DNA of 63,823 bases from a virus (lineage: Duplodnaviria > Caudoviricetes): positions 1 through 63,823 of IMG/VR virus record IMGVR_UViG_3300020034_000013. One strand, written 5' to 3'. A program made the position numbers and the translations under genes. The notes under the pieces are model-generated. The model searched no databases. It was not told the origin of the DNA and worked only from the letters and a program-made list of their open reading frames with translations. This document shows, one piece after another, positions 8,570 through 18,440 of the stretch (positions are counted from its first letter, which is position 1; each line of letters opens with the position of its first letter).

Positions 8570-9010
8570 ATGAGCTATAAAACGAAGCCATTGCCCCCTG
8601 GCACGCCCGAGAAGGTGGCGAGGGTGAGGCACTTGATGAAGCTGATGAGTAGCGGCGGCTACTATGGGCGCAATACTTGCTTTGACCTGGCTGAAGAGTG
8701 GGGAATCCACTGGACGACGGTGAGGGACGATGCGGCTGAGGCTGGTCGATTTCTGCAGCTGACTCCGGAGGAGAAGGAGCAGCGTAGGGCTGAGCTTTCG
8801 GGTTGGGCGTCTAAGGTGGCTGAGCTGGCGCTGAACACACCGAATGTGATCACGGGTCTACCGGACTACAGAGCGGCGCTTGAGGCTAACCGGCTATGTG
8901 CGATTTGGCAGGGCATCAGCGATAAGGTCGAGGCAGATCTCAACTCCTCTAATGGTCCTAAAGAGCCTGTGAAGATCGAGATAGTCCTCGCCCCCGAAGA
9001 AAAGTCTTGA
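8570..9010 (+). CDS. terminase small subunit (putative)
   Basis: HTH-like LAEEWGIHWTTVRDD, helical middle, C-terminal PVKIEIV; upstream of the large terminase. Confidence 0.7.
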   Translation: MSYKTKPLPPGTPEKVARVRHLMKLMSSGGYYGRNTCFDLAEEWGIHWTTVRDDAAEAGRFLQLTPEEKEQRRAELSGWASKVAELALNTPNVITGLPDYRAALEANRLCAIWQGISDKVEADLNSSNGPKEPVKIEIVLAPEEKS

Positions 9011-9040
9011 CCTGGTTGCTAGGTACCGTAGCATAGAGGT

Positions 9041-9433
9041 ATGCTGCGCGCTATCCTTTGTGTCGTTATCTGCCTAGTTCTCCTCATCTCTGTATCTACT
9101 GAGGCTAAGACCGATCGCTGCACTCCTCCTGCCGGGCTCGTCTCATACCGAGCTACAGTGCAAGAGCCTGTAAGCCTTACGCCTCAGTGCAGAGCATTGC
9201 TTTCTTCGTACGCGAAGAATGTCACATTCCCCTTTGAAGACGGTGTATTCCGCGGGCGTGGCGACACCGCCGTTTCTCCTGATCGATGCCGGTATGCTAT
9301 CGAGAGCAAGAAAGAGGACTTGGTTGTCGCTTTTTCTTTTGATGAATCATGGACTAAGGGCGTAGGTATCATCATCGACGGCAGCGTGGATGGCGGTTGC
9401 AGCTTCCCCTTTACCTTTTATCGCAGTCTCTAA
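9041..9433 (+). CDS. secreted Cys-rich moron protein (family member 1)
   Basis: Signal peptide; own promoter TTGACC-N16-TAGCAT-N6-ATG at 9007-9034; inserted between the two terminase genes. Confidence 0.7.
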   Translation: MLRAILCVVICLVLLISVSTEAKTDRCTPPAGLVSYRATVQEPVSLTPQCRALLSSYAKNVTFPFEDGVFRGRGDTAVSPDRCRYAIESKKEDLVVAFSFDESWTKGVGIIIDGSVDGGCSFPFTFYRSL

Positions 9434-9441
9434 CGTCCCGG

Positions 9442-10794
9442 ATGCAGGTAGACTTCTCCAAATCGCTGGCTCAGAGCCAAGCCTTCCGTGCTCTCAATCC
9501 GGGGATGACTATTTGCCTCGCGTTCGGACGAGGGGTGGGCAAGAGCACCTGCCAGCGGCTCTTTTGGTACATCCTTCTCGCGAAGGCCGATGCAGACCTA
9601 AAGAGCGGGGCGGCTCCTCACAAGATCCGGGTTCGCATCGTGATGTTGATGCCGACCCTCAAACAGGCGAATCGGACGCACGCGGATAACTACTTTGCGG
9701 AGCTCGCGCCTGATGGTGATTGGGGCTTCCTTGGCGCGCGTCTCAACAAGACTACGCTCAAGGCGACCTTCCCTAGTGGAAGTTGGATCCAATGGGTCTC
9801 GGCTGACAACGCCAACGACAACCGAGGCCTTCGCTGCGACTACGTCTCTATAGACGAATGTGACGACATCGATCCAGAGATCTTCTACGGCATCTGCCTC
9901 CCCTGGCTCTCAGAGCCGCACAGCAAAAAGATTACAGTCTTTTCAGGCACCCCCCGGCGCGGACGCTACGGCCTCCTCTGGAAGGCATATCGCGAACTCC
10001 CCGCTAACGATCCAGAAACCTGCCGCTCCTTCCACGCAACAGCCTACGACGTCCCGCTCCTAGTCGATCCGAAGATCGTTCAAAGGGCGAAAGATATCAC
10101 CCCCCCGAGCACCTTCGCCAGAGAGTGGCTTTGCGATTTCGATGCTGCGGAGGGCCTTGTTTATCCCATGTTTTCCGATGAAAACACGAAGTCCGCCTTT
10201 GCGAATGTGCGAGGGCAGAGTCGTCCAATCTACGGCAAGTGGGATGACATTCTGATCGGTGTCGATCACGGTTACGAAGACCCCGCGGTCTTCCTCGTGG
10301 TTGGTGTCGCCGGACGCGGTAAAGATGCCGTTGCTCATGTCATCTGGGAGTACTGCGAGAGCCATAAGACTATCGACGAGTTGGCGGAGGTCGCCTCCGA
10401 GATACATACGCACTATCCCACCGCGAAATGGTATGCGGACTCGAGCAACCCGTCAGCCATTCGCAGCTACGAAAAACGCACTGGTAAGAAGATCAAGCAC
10501 GCCACTCACAAGATCGAGGATGGCGTCGACATCGTAGCTTCCATGCTGTCCCCCCGCCCCGACGAATTCGGCGGTCGCACTCCTCAGCTCTTTGTGGACC
10601 CTGCATGTACGCATCTCATTCACGAGATGGGCATGTACAGGCGTAAGCGAGACCCGAAGAATCTCGAACGCATCCTCGACGACATTGAGGACCGTAACAA
10701 TCATTGCCAGGATAGTTTGCGCTACTCCGTCTATCACTACTTCGGAAACACCCACGGTCCACGTCACGAGCTCCACGATTACGACGACAGCTAA
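9442..10794 (+). CDS. terminase large subunit
   Basis: Walker A GRGVGKS, RGLRCD.VSIDE (Walker B), SGTP, RuvC-like IGVDHG, and NHCQDSLRY. Confidence 0.95.
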   Translation: MQVDFSKSLAQSQAFRALNPGMTICLAFGRGVGKSTCQRLFWYILLAKADADLKSGAAPHKIRVRIVMLMPTLKQANRTHADNYFAELAPDGDWGFLGARLNKTTLKATFPSGSWIQWVSADNANDNRGLRCDYVSIDECDDIDPEIFYGICLPWLSEPHSKKITVFSGTPRRGRYGLLWKAYRELPANDPETCRSFHATAYDVPLLVDPKIVQRAKDITPPSTFAREWLCDFDAAEGLVYPMFSDENTKSAFANVRGQSRPIYGKWDDILIGVDHGYEDPAVFLVVGVAGRGKDAVAHVIWEYCESHKTIDELAEVASEIHTHYPTAKWYADSSNPSAIRSYEKRTGKKIKHATHKIEDGVDIVASMLSPRPDEFGGRTPQLFVDPACTHLIHEMGMYRRKRDPKNLERILDDIEDRNNHCQDSLRYSVYHYFGNTHGPRHELHDYDDS

Positions 10795-10800
10795 AGCCCC

Positions 10801-12525
10801 ATGCGCCAGAACAAGATCCAAAATTACGCCATGGCGCAGAAAATCGCTCTCGAGGCCATGTCCCCGAGGGCGCAGTGGCTCGATTTGCTCGATCGTTATT
10901 TTCTCGGCACGCAATACGAAGGCCGCCCTGATTATTGGAGCGATAAGGTCCCAGAATGGGAGCGCGCACCTTGTTTTGTCTATCAGGTCGTAGAGGCCGC
11001 GATTGACGCTATTCGCACCAAGGTGCTGGGTGAAGGTCGATTCCCTGATGTTACCACCCGCGCCGCGTGGGATAGCAAGGGTCAGCAGATTCCCGAAGAG
11101 AACGCAGAAGTCCTTGATCGTGCGCTAGAGGGCTGTTCCAAGCAGGCTCGTTTTCAGGCCGTGTGTAAAGAAGCGCTGGAGATTGCAGCCAGTTGCTCCT
11201 CTGTTGCAGTAGTCTTCCGTGTGCAGAATAATCGTCTCTGCCTCGACACCGTGAAGCCGCAATGGTGCACTCCCGAATGGGATCAGGAGACCGGAGAGCT
11301 GGTCAGCCTGGAAATCAAGTATCCATACATCGATACTTCGCTCATCGAGCGAGGCCGCGTGAAAGCGCGTGCTATGATGTACAAGCGTGTCATCGACACA
11401 GAGAACGAAACTACGTGGGAGCCTGTAGAGATACGTACCAACCATCCACTAGATGTAGAGTTCGGTCCGGTTCGGAGTAAGATCGCTCATGGCTTCCCAG
11501 GCTGTCCGGTGCATTGGTATGCCTTCGAGAAAGGCTGCAGCATTGAAGGCCGCTTCGACGGCCATGCCATCCACGAGACACAACTCGGGGAGATCGATGC
11601 GCTCAATTTCACGCTCTCGGCCCGCCACGGAGCCGCCCTAAAAGCAGGGCAACCCCAGTGGGTCGAGACCGGCGTAGAGCCTGGGTATAACCCCTCCGAG
11701 GGTGGTAGGATGGCGCATCCTCCGATTGCTTCCTCGCCTCTCGGGGGGACTCCGAATCCGAGCACCAACCCGCTCAATGTCTCTGGCTATCTTGCTCCTC
11801 ACATCCAGAAGGGCGTTCGCAAGAAGGGCGCCGGCTATGTCTGGCAGTATCCCTCCGAGCTCACGAGAGTCGAGATGCACACTCTCCCAGGAGATGCCCT
11901 CAAGGCCATCGCTGAGACTGCAGCCGACGAACGGAACAAGATCTTCGAAGCCTTGGGTGTTCAGTTCATCGATCACGAGAACCTCCCTAAAGGAGCAGCC
12001 ATGTCGGGCACCGCGCTCGACGCCCTACGAGAGAGGTTCATCGCTCGTTGTGATGACATCCGTCAAGACTTCGGCGATGGGTTTATCGTCCCTCTCTACG
12101 GCATGATGTTGCAGATGGCGCTCCTAAAAGGGCTGTCTATCCCCGAGTTGGAGAAGGCTCAGAGCATCATCGCTGATTTGGCGGATGTCTGGTCATGGGA
12201 CTGTCCCCCTCTCGAACTTTCGTGGGGCACATATTCGCAACCCACCGCAGACGAGCAGCAGAAGACGATGACCATGGTCATCTCGGGCATCCAGGCCGGG
12301 CTCATCACCAAGCGTGTGGCGGTCAAGATGCTGCGTGGCATCCTGGGGGTCGAAAGCATCGACGACTATCTCGAAGAGCTCCTACACGAATCTGAAGTCA
12401 CACAACAAGACGAACAGGGCCTCGCACAAGAGAAGTCGGAAGATGCTCACGAGAAGTCTCTCGAGCTGCAAACCAGTGCGTACGAACAGCAACTGAAACT
12501 ACAGAAGGCCAAGGCACCGAAATGA
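10801..12525 (+). CDS. portal protein
   Basis: 574 aa directly after the large terminase; AMSGTAL motif typical of SPP1 gp6-like portals. Confidence 0.85.
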   Translation: MRQNKIQNYAMAQKIALEAMSPRAQWLDLLDRYFLGTQYEGRPDYWSDKVPEWERAPCFVYQVVEAAIDAIRTKVLGEGRFPDVTTRAAWDSKGQQIPEENAEVLDRALEGCSKQARFQAVCKEALEIAASCSSVAVVFRVQNNRLCLDTVKPQWCTPEWDQETGELVSLEIKYPYIDTSLIERGRVKARAMMYKRVIDTENETTWEPVEIRTNHPLDVEFGPVRSKIAHGFPGCPVHWYAFEKGCSIEGRFDGHAIHETQLGEIDALNFTLSARHGAALKAGQPQWVETGVEPGYNPSEGGRMAHPPIASSPLGGTPNPSTNPLNVSGYLAPHIQKGVRKKGAGYVWQYPSELTRVEMHTLPGDALKAIAETAADERNKIFEALGVQFIDHENLPKGAAMSGTALDALRERFIARCDDIRQDFGDGFIVPLYGMMLQMALLKGLSIPELEKAQSIIADLADVWSWDCPPLELSWGTYSQPTADEQQKTMTMVISGIQAGLITKRVAVKMLRGILGVESIDDYLEELLHESEVTQQDEQGLAQEKSEDAHEKSLELQTSAYEQQLKLQKAKAPK

Positions 12526-12737
12526 ACTTCCAAAATCTCAAAGATCTTACCTGGAAAGAGGTCGTGCTCTTGCTCGGTCTCATCGGAGGTGTGCTCCTCG
12601 CCCGGAAGTATGTGGGCGAAGCTGTTGGGGATGTCTCCCTCATCGTAGTCACAGTCCTCGCGTGGCTGAAGCAAAGCTCGCCTCCCTCGCTTTCTCCCAC
12701 GCCGGTCCCCCCGGTTGCTCCTCCGAGTGGCTCGTGA
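12522..12737 (+). CDS. small two-TM membrane protein
   Basis: Two hydrophobic segments and a Pro-rich tail. Confidence 0.55.
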   Translation: MNFQNLKDLTWKEVVLLLGLIGGVLLARKYVGEAVGDVSLIVVTVLAWLKQSSPPSLSPTPVPPVAPPSGS

Positions 12738-12868
12738 AGTACTGCCAAGAGTGCGCACATCTGCTCGCAGAAGACCTTGAGACTTGCCCTCTTTGCGGGG
12801 GGCAATCCTGGGGAAACCCCGAGCCTGTTGAAGCGCCCAAGCCGAAGGCCAAGAAGGCTCCTAAATGA
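12734..12868 (+). CDS. small zinc-ribbon protein
   Basis: GTG start; CQEC...CPLCG. Confidence 0.6.
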   Translation: MKYCQECAHLLAEDLETCPLCGGQSWGNPEPVEAPKPKAKKAPK

Positions 12869-13320
12869 AGACTAAAGAACTCCCCCTCGTTGCGACCTAT
12901 ACATCCCCTGCTGCGGCAGGTACCGTTGTGGGTCCTTCTCTGTCGGGCCTCGGACTTTCGCGCGCTGATATCCTCATGGTCGATGCAGTACTCACGGGTG
13001 CAACCGGAGGCACGGTCGATGTCTATTTGCAGCGCGCTACGGGCGTCAACGACTGGACCGACTGGGCTCACTTTCCTCAAGTCGCGGTAGCCGCCGCGGC
13101 TACCCGCATTACCTTCGCTATCGACGGCGCGGGCACCATATCGATGCAGCCTATTGGCGGCGGTACGGATGCAGCACCCGGTGTCGCTCTAGCGGTGAAT
13201 TCCTATACTAACGTGATGCCTGGCGGTAATCTTCGCGTCGTCACGGTAGCAGGTGCTGGTACGTCGGCGGGCGCGAGTCAAAAGATCACCGTGACACCCT
13301 ACACGGAGCGGTTCGGCTGA
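12865..13320 (+). CDS. putative virion beta-sandwich (decoration-like) protein
   Basis: Ala/Gly/Thr-rich beta pattern VDVYLQ...WTDWAHF; lies in the head module. Confidence 0.55.
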   Translation: MKTKELPLVATYTSPAAAGTVVGPSLSGLGLSRADILMVDAVLTGATGGTVDVYLQRATGVNDWTDWAHFPQVAVAAAATRITFAIDGAGTISMQPIGGGTDAAPGVALAVNSYTNVMPGGNLRVVTVAGAGTSAGASQKITVTPYTERFG

Positions 13321-13634
13321 TGGCCATCCAGTATAATCAAGATCTCCGCAGCTATGTGGATACAGATACAGGATTGCGAATTGAAGAGGCAACCCCCGTT
13401 GCAGTAGCACCTGCAAAGCCCAAGGCTCCCAAAGCCGCGCCGATCCCTAAAGAGCAGGGCCCTTTCAATGTCATAGGGGCCTCGAAAGCTCGACTCAAGT
13501 TCCTGGCAGGGGAAATCAAACGCCTGCGTAAGCTCGAACAAGAGCACACTGAACTCACTCGACTCCTCGATGCGGCGAAGGGCCCAAAGCTCGCCGTTGT
13601 TCGTGACATCACTAAACAGCGTTCCGCGAAATAG
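13320..13634 (+). CDS. hypothetical coiled-coil protein
   Basis: TGATG coupling, 104 aa. Confidence 0.55.
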   Translation: MAIQYNQDLRSYVDTDTGLRIEEATPVAVAPAKPKAPKAAPIPKEQGPFNVIGASKARLKFLAGEIKRLRKLEQEHTELTRLLDAAKGPKLAVVRDITKQRSAK

Positions 13635-13678
13635 CGGGCACCCTTTCACTAGCCGGCTATCGGCATGGAGAATTATAC

Positions 13679-14068
13679 ATGGCACTTCAATCTGGCACGA
13701 TCCTCGGCATCACGCTGGTCAGCGGCAACCCGTCTGGCCTTTCGGATGCGACTCCCTCTCAGCGTTTCGACTTTCTCGTGACCGCTAACTTTCCTGCGTT
13801 TACGTCCGGCACGGATACGGCGGCTCTCCCCCTCATCGGCGCGGCTATCGCGGCCGAGACCCGCTCGGGCAAGTCCGTCACCTTGCGTGACGGACTTTGT
13901 GCAGGTCCCGGACAAGATGCCAATGGCGTCGAAGTCTACACGAACCCCCCGACGGTCTCCGGTGATGGTCTGACGTTCAACTTGACCAATGCAGCTGGCA
14001 CTGCGCAGACGTCGGTCGCCACGAATATCCCCGTGTCGTTCATCGTTGCAGTTGACTTCGTCGGCTAA
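13679..14068 (+). CDS. putative virion structural protein
   Basis: GGAG RBS, small-residue-rich beta protein in the head module. Confidence 0.55.
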   Translation: MALQSGTILGITLVSGNPSGLSDATPSQRFDFLVTANFPAFTSGTDTAALPLIGAAIAAETRSGKSVTLRDGLCAGPGQDANGVEVYTNPPTVSGDGLTFNLTNAAGTAQTSVATNIPVSFIVAVDFVG

Positions 14069-14130
14069 TAGTTACGGATTCGCACCTCCATTACCGGACG
14101 CCGCGGGTTATCGGGCGATAGGAGATAGTT

Positions 14131-14766
14131 ATGGCAGATGTCACTGAAAGCACCATCGTTGAAACCGAAGTTGTGTCTACCGATTCTGATGTTGCTGCTC
14201 CTGCAGCAGCTGAGAGCAAAGTAGAACCTACTTGGATCAAAGCTCGTCTTGAACAGGCTGAACGAGCCACGCAAGCAAAGATTCTGAAGGAACTGGGAAG
14301 CACCGATTTCGCGGAGGTAAAGACGGCCATGGCTGATCTCGCCGCCCGACGGGAAGCCCAGAAGACTGCAGAGCAGAAGGCGGCGGAACTCGGAGCACGT
14401 CTTTCCAGCGTCGAACAAGAAAAGGCTACTCTGGCCGAAGCCCTCAAAGGCTATGCGGCGTCCCAGCTCGAAGGTCTCACCGAGACACAGCGAGAAGCGG
14501 TCGTTGAAGTCGCGGGAGAAGACCCAGCTGCGCAACTAAAAGCCATCAAGGTGATGTCTAAAACGTGGAGCGCGAAGCCCTCGGCTGAAGCTCCCGCAGC
14601 CAAAGCCCCTGTCGCAAATACCTCAGCGGGAAGGAATGCACCCGCAGCTAACGGCAGCAGTACTCCGCTACCCATCAAGTCTCAATACGCGGCACTCAGG
14701 GAAACCAATCCTTGGGCCGCAAGCCGTCTTGGGGATCAACACCCCGACATCTACGGTAAAAAGTAA
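14131..14766 (+). CDS. head scaffolding protein
   Basis: Acidic N-terminus, coiled coil, directly before the capsid gene; AGGAG RBS. Confidence 0.8.
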   Translation: MADVTESTIVETEVVSTDSDVAAPAAAESKVEPTWIKARLEQAERATQAKILKELGSTDFAEVKTAMADLAARREAQKTAEQKAAELGARLSSVEQEKATLAEALKGYAASQLEGLTETQREAVVEVAGEDPAAQLKAIKVMSKTWSAKPSAEAPAAKAPVANTSAGRNAPAANGSSTPLPIKSQYAALRETNPWAASRLGDQHPDIYGKK

Positions 14767-14812
14767 ATCCTCCCTCGGGATATCCGGGGCTCACCCAAAG
14801 GTCTAATCACTA

Positions 14813-15910
14813 ATGTCTACGATCAATCGAGCGACCCTCCCCGAGGAGTTCTACGATAAAACTACGGACTTGCTGCTCAAGCAGCCGGAGCCGCAGTACC
14901 TGTTTGCACATCTATACATGAACGCCCTCCAGGCGGAGCTCTCTACCCCGGATGCGATCGGTCTCGCGATCGAAGATCGCCAGGTCACTGGCGTGAACGC
15001 GGATTACATCGCGTATGACCGAGATCGTCTGAACCTCGCCGCGGCTCTCCCCGGGGAGCTTATGGCCGCCGAGCTCGACTTCTACAAAGCTCCGGGCAAC
15101 ACCATCCGCCTCAATCGCCCCAAATACACCAACACGGTGTACACGGAAGCCAGCCGCCGCATCTCGTCGGGCTCGACGATCAGCACTACACCTACCTCTC
15201 TCGGCAGTGAGCAGACCAGCCTGACCCTCTTCCGCTATGCGGGTCCGTTTGATGTCGGCGCAAATGCAGTTGCTCCCTATGCGGTCGAGTCCTTCGATGC
15301 GCTTATGGGCGTGCACAAGCTCAGCAAGATCGTGGGCGTGCATCTGCAACGCGACTATCATCGTTTTATCGACGTGAATTTCAGCGGTTTCGGCGATGCT
15401 GGTGGAGTGGTCCCGATTTACCCGGACGAGGCTGTTGTCGCAGATTCGGGCATTCCGACGGCGGGCGCATACCCTGCGACGGTCGAACAACTTAGCCGCG
15501 GTCAGCAGCTTATGGACGATCTGAACCTCCCGACCCTCGGCGATGGGCACCGCGTTGCGGTCCTCCGTCCGGCGCAATGGAAACAGATCAAGCACGATCC
15601 GGAGTACACGGCCCTCAGCTCCTTCCACAAGGAGTTCAACCTGCTTTTCAAGAGCTATGTGGGTACGGTCAGCGGCTTCCACGTCTTCGTTTCGACGACT
15701 CTCCCGGCTCCTGTCAACGGCTCCGGCGTCGCTGTTGCGCACGGTCAGCTCCTCGCCCCCGGCGCGTTTATGTGCGGCATGGGTTCGCGACCGCTGGTTC
15801 GCTCGGCTTCCGATGACAACTACGGCCTCACCCCGAAGGTGATCTGGGAAGCGACGATGGCCTTTGCCCTCGCCGACAACCGCTTCATCCTCTCGTTCCG
15901 TTCGGCCTAA
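14813..15910 (+). CDS. major capsid protein
   Basis: 365 aa after the scaffold; PGNTIRLNR, YVGTVSGFHVFVST and DDNYG fit an HK97-fold capsid. Confidence 0.88.
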   Translation: MSTINRATLPEEFYDKTTDLLLKQPEPQYLFAHLYMNALQAELSTPDAIGLAIEDRQVTGVNADYIAYDRDRLNLAAALPGELMAAELDFYKAPGNTIRLNRPKYTNTVYTEASRRISSGSTISTTPTSLGSEQTSLTLFRYAGPFDVGANAVAPYAVESFDALMGVHKLSKIVGVHLQRDYHRFIDVNFSGFGDAGGVVPIYPDEAVVADSGIPTAGAYPATVEQLSRGQQLMDDLNLPTLGDGHRVAVLRPAQWKQIKHDPEYTALSSFHKEFNLLFKSYVGTVSGFHVFVSTTLPAPVNGSGVAVAHGQLLAPGAFMCGMGSRPLVRSASDDNYGLTPKVIWEATMAFALADNRFILSFRSA

Positions 15911-15927
15911 AGAATACAGGATATACA

Positions 15928-16347
15928 ATGGCACTCAGATACAATACCCAGGCTACGTCTGGCAACTTGTCTACTCTCGTGGCGGGTTCGACTGTTGGCG
16001 GCGCCGCGGTCAATCTCGGCGACAATACTCGGACGAAAGTCAAGGACCTGTCGGCACTCGTTTCTGTCACTGCGGCTACTGCAACCCTCACGGTTTCGGT
16101 CAAGTGGCAGGTGTCGAACGATGCCACCGTGTGGGTCGATCTCGCGAATGGCACCAACAACGCGGCTTCAGTGGTGTTTACTACGGGCACCAGCTCGATC
16201 GTCACGAAAGCCATTCCCGCCCCCAGTGCAGTCTTCGGCTGGCGTTTTGCTCGTATCGCTCTCGTGACGGGGGTTGTTACCGGCGCGGTCGGCGACCTGT
16301 ACGCTCTCGGATATTGCGATCGCAGCACCCGCTCTCTCGACGGCTGA
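15928..16347 (+). CDS. capsid decoration-like protein
   Basis: Beta-rich, VKWQVSND..WVD, WRFARI; follows the capsid gene. Confidence 0.6.
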   Translation: MALRYNTQATSGNLSTLVAGSTVGGAAVNLGDNTRTKVKDLSALVSVTAATATLTVSVKWQVSNDATVWVDLANGTNNAASVVFTTGTSSIVTKAIPAPSAVFGWRFARIALVTGVVTGAVGDLYALGYCDRSTRSLDG

Positions 16348-16383
16348 TTACTCCTTCTCCTCTTCTCGTACATGTGAGCTAAT

Positions 16384-17274
16384 ATGGCATTCAGCGAATC
16401 TGATATTGAGCAGATCATGTACGAGATGGGGTACAATCTTCTGACCACCTCGGCGGAGGTCTATGTAGGCATTGTGGCCTTCTTCCGCCAGGTCCTCAAA
16501 CCTTTCATCTCGATGGGGGCCATCACCTCCTCGAGCACCGTTGTCCTTACTCCTACTAGCCTTCCGACCCCCGTCTCGTTGACGTTGCTGTCGATTGCGG
16601 GCATCTCGGTAGGCACGAAAGTCACGGTGGACGTCGACTCCCTGGCGGAGACCTGCACGGTGCAGTCTGTCACGGGGAGTTCGATCACAGTCCTTCTCCA
16701 AAAGCCTCACTCGGCCACATACCCCGTTCTGATCCAAGAGACGGGCGTTTACACGAGCACTTCTACCCAAGTGCCCTCGATAACATCTCCGCCTTCCTCC
16801 GTGTCGATTACTGTGGCGGATGCTACAGGTTTTGTTGTCGGAGACCGGGTGGTCATCGATACGGATGCGCGTCAAGAGACTGCCAGCATCCAGAGCATCG
16901 TTGGTACGACGATGACCTTGCTCCTGAGTAAGGGACATGCAGGGACTTACCCTGTAGCGGTTGCCTCCGGTGAGATGATCATTCGGGGCATCATGCAAAA
17001 GCTTCGAGCGATCGCCGATACTCTCGGCGGTGGCGATGGTGCGGGTGGCACGGATGCTTTTAGCGGGGCATTGGCCGGCGCGGGCATCAAGAAAGTGGAT
17101 GAGATCGAGTTCTTCGGAGGGACCACGAACAGCGGTTCGACCGGAAACTTCGGGGGCAACGCTCTTCAGCAGGTCATCGCGCTTCGCGAATACTGGCGGG
17201 ACGAGCTCTCATATGCCATCGGCATCGTGCGTCTCAATGGCACTAAGGCCGGAAACGCTATTTCGAGCTATTGA
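16384..17274 (+). CDS. head-tail adaptor with internal tandem beta-domain duplication
   Basis: Position; IKKVDEIEFF and YWRDEL C-terminus; two ~70 aa repeats ending H..TYPV. Confidence 0.65.
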   Translation: MAFSESDIEQIMYEMGYNLLTTSAEVYVGIVAFFRQVLKPFISMGAITSSSTVVLTPTSLPTPVSLTLLSIAGISVGTKVTVDVDSLAETCTVQSVTGSSITVLLQKPHSATYPVLIQETGVYTSTSTQVPSITSPPSSVSITVADATGFVVGDRVVIDTDARQETASIQSIVGTTMTLLLSKGHAGTYPVAVASGEMIIRGIMQKLRAIADTLGGGDGAGGTDAFSGALAGAGIKKVDEIEFFGGTTNSGSTGNFGGNALQQVIALREYWRDELSYAIGIVRLNGTKAGNAISSY

Positions 17275-17929
17275 CCGACGCCCTCGCATCAGAGGCCTTG
17301 CAGGAAACTTCGCCTACGTGAAACTCAACAGGAGGCTTACAGTCGATTGTGAAGTCTGCATTGCCTTTGACAACTTTGACTTCTTTAGGTGCGGTCTTCA
17401 TGTCGATGCAGACAGTGGTCGTCTTTATGTCTCCGACCATCTCCGAAAAGCGGCGAATCTCTCCTCGGATGATGTAGGTGTTCACCACATACCGGCTATG
17501 GTCTTCGATATGGCAATGTGAAGAGAACCATGACTGGACTTCATTGTAGTGAACTCGGCACATCTTGTAGGCTGAAGCCTCTGCCACACGAGCTGCCTGT
17601 CCTTCTTCACATACGGCATCATCGCCCGCCTGTTCTTCAAGCACTTGTTGCTCATTCTGAGCCTTCTGAACTACGGCAGCTGCTGCTCGGTCCGTCTTCA
17701 TCTGCGCGATGTCTGCGCGTTGTGCAGCGAGAACAGCTTCATTCTTCTTTATGATGGCGAGCTTTTCATCCCCTTTGCGCGCCAGGTTCTCTGCAGTAAG
17801 CGGAGCCCGCGCCGGCCAGTTCTGCCACGCATGAACCCTCGGAAGAGTAGGTGCCGGTGCTTCCTGCGCCTGGGCGGAGCAGCCGACGAAGAGAGCGACA
17901 AGAGAGGCTGCAAAGAGAATCGTTTTCAT
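17258..17929 (-). CDS. moron-encoded lipoprotein
   Basis: MKTILFAASLVALFVGC signal/lipobox; own promoter TTGACA-N16-TATCTT-N7-ATG at 17937-17964; antisense within the neck operon. Confidence 0.75.
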   Translation of the reverse strand: MKTILFAASLVALFVGCSAQAQEAPAPTLPRVHAWQNWPARAPLTAENLARKGDEKLAIIKKNEAVLAAQRADIAQMKTDRAAAAVVQKAQNEQQVLEEQAGDDAVCEEGQAARVAEASAYKMCRVHYNEVQSWFSSHCHIEDHSRYVVNTYIIRGEIRRFSEMVGDIKTTTVCIDMKTAPKEVKVVKGNADFTIDCKPPVEFHVGEVSCKASDARASVNSSK

Positions 17930-17981
17930 ACTCCTCAAGATATCCCGCTTTCCTTGCGTGTCAACCCCGAGAGATACATAA

Positions 17982-18440
17982 ATGTCCTTCCGAACAGGGT
18001 TGCTTGCCAGAGTAGACCGTATCCGGCAAATCCCCCAGCGTCTCGATCTCCGGCAGAACCGCATCTTCATTGTGGTCAGGCAGTGGACCGACCAGCGGGT
18101 AGGGCTTGGCACCTATTCCGACAACGTAACGGAGCTGTTCATTGACCATACATATAGGGTCAGAGTGCAACAGATCAACGCTAAGGATGTCGTAGCCAGC
18201 GGCGGGCTGCTGACGCAACAGGACGTGAAGGTCGGTCCTTTTACCCCCGAGTATATCACCGGCGGCGTAGCCAAGCTTGTGTTCGATCCTCCTCCTTCCG
18301 ATAGCGCTACCGAAGTTCTCTTCCACGTCACGGGGCATTCGATGGGTCCGGATGGGCGTTGGTTCAAGCGCCTTTACGACATGTCGATCCGTAACTTTAC
18401 CAATATGATCTATCTCCAGTCGACCGGCGTGCAAGCGTGA
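17982..18440 (+). CDS. head closure/neck protein (putative)
   Basis: Synteny; 152 aa. Confidence 0.6.
   Translation: MSFRTGLLARVDRIRQIPQRLDLRQNRIFIVVRQWTDQRVGLGTYSDNVTELFIDHTYRVRVQQINAKDVVASGGLLTQQDVKVGPFTPEYITGGVAKLVFDPPPSDSATEVLFHVTGHSMGPDGRWFKRLYDMSIRNFTNMIYLQSTGVQA

Noticed and set aside
14912-15934. Long antisense or alternative-frame ORFs (also 39455-40063 and 53234-54424)
   Set aside because: Shadow ORFs of GC3-rich or repetitive real genes, with no motifs.
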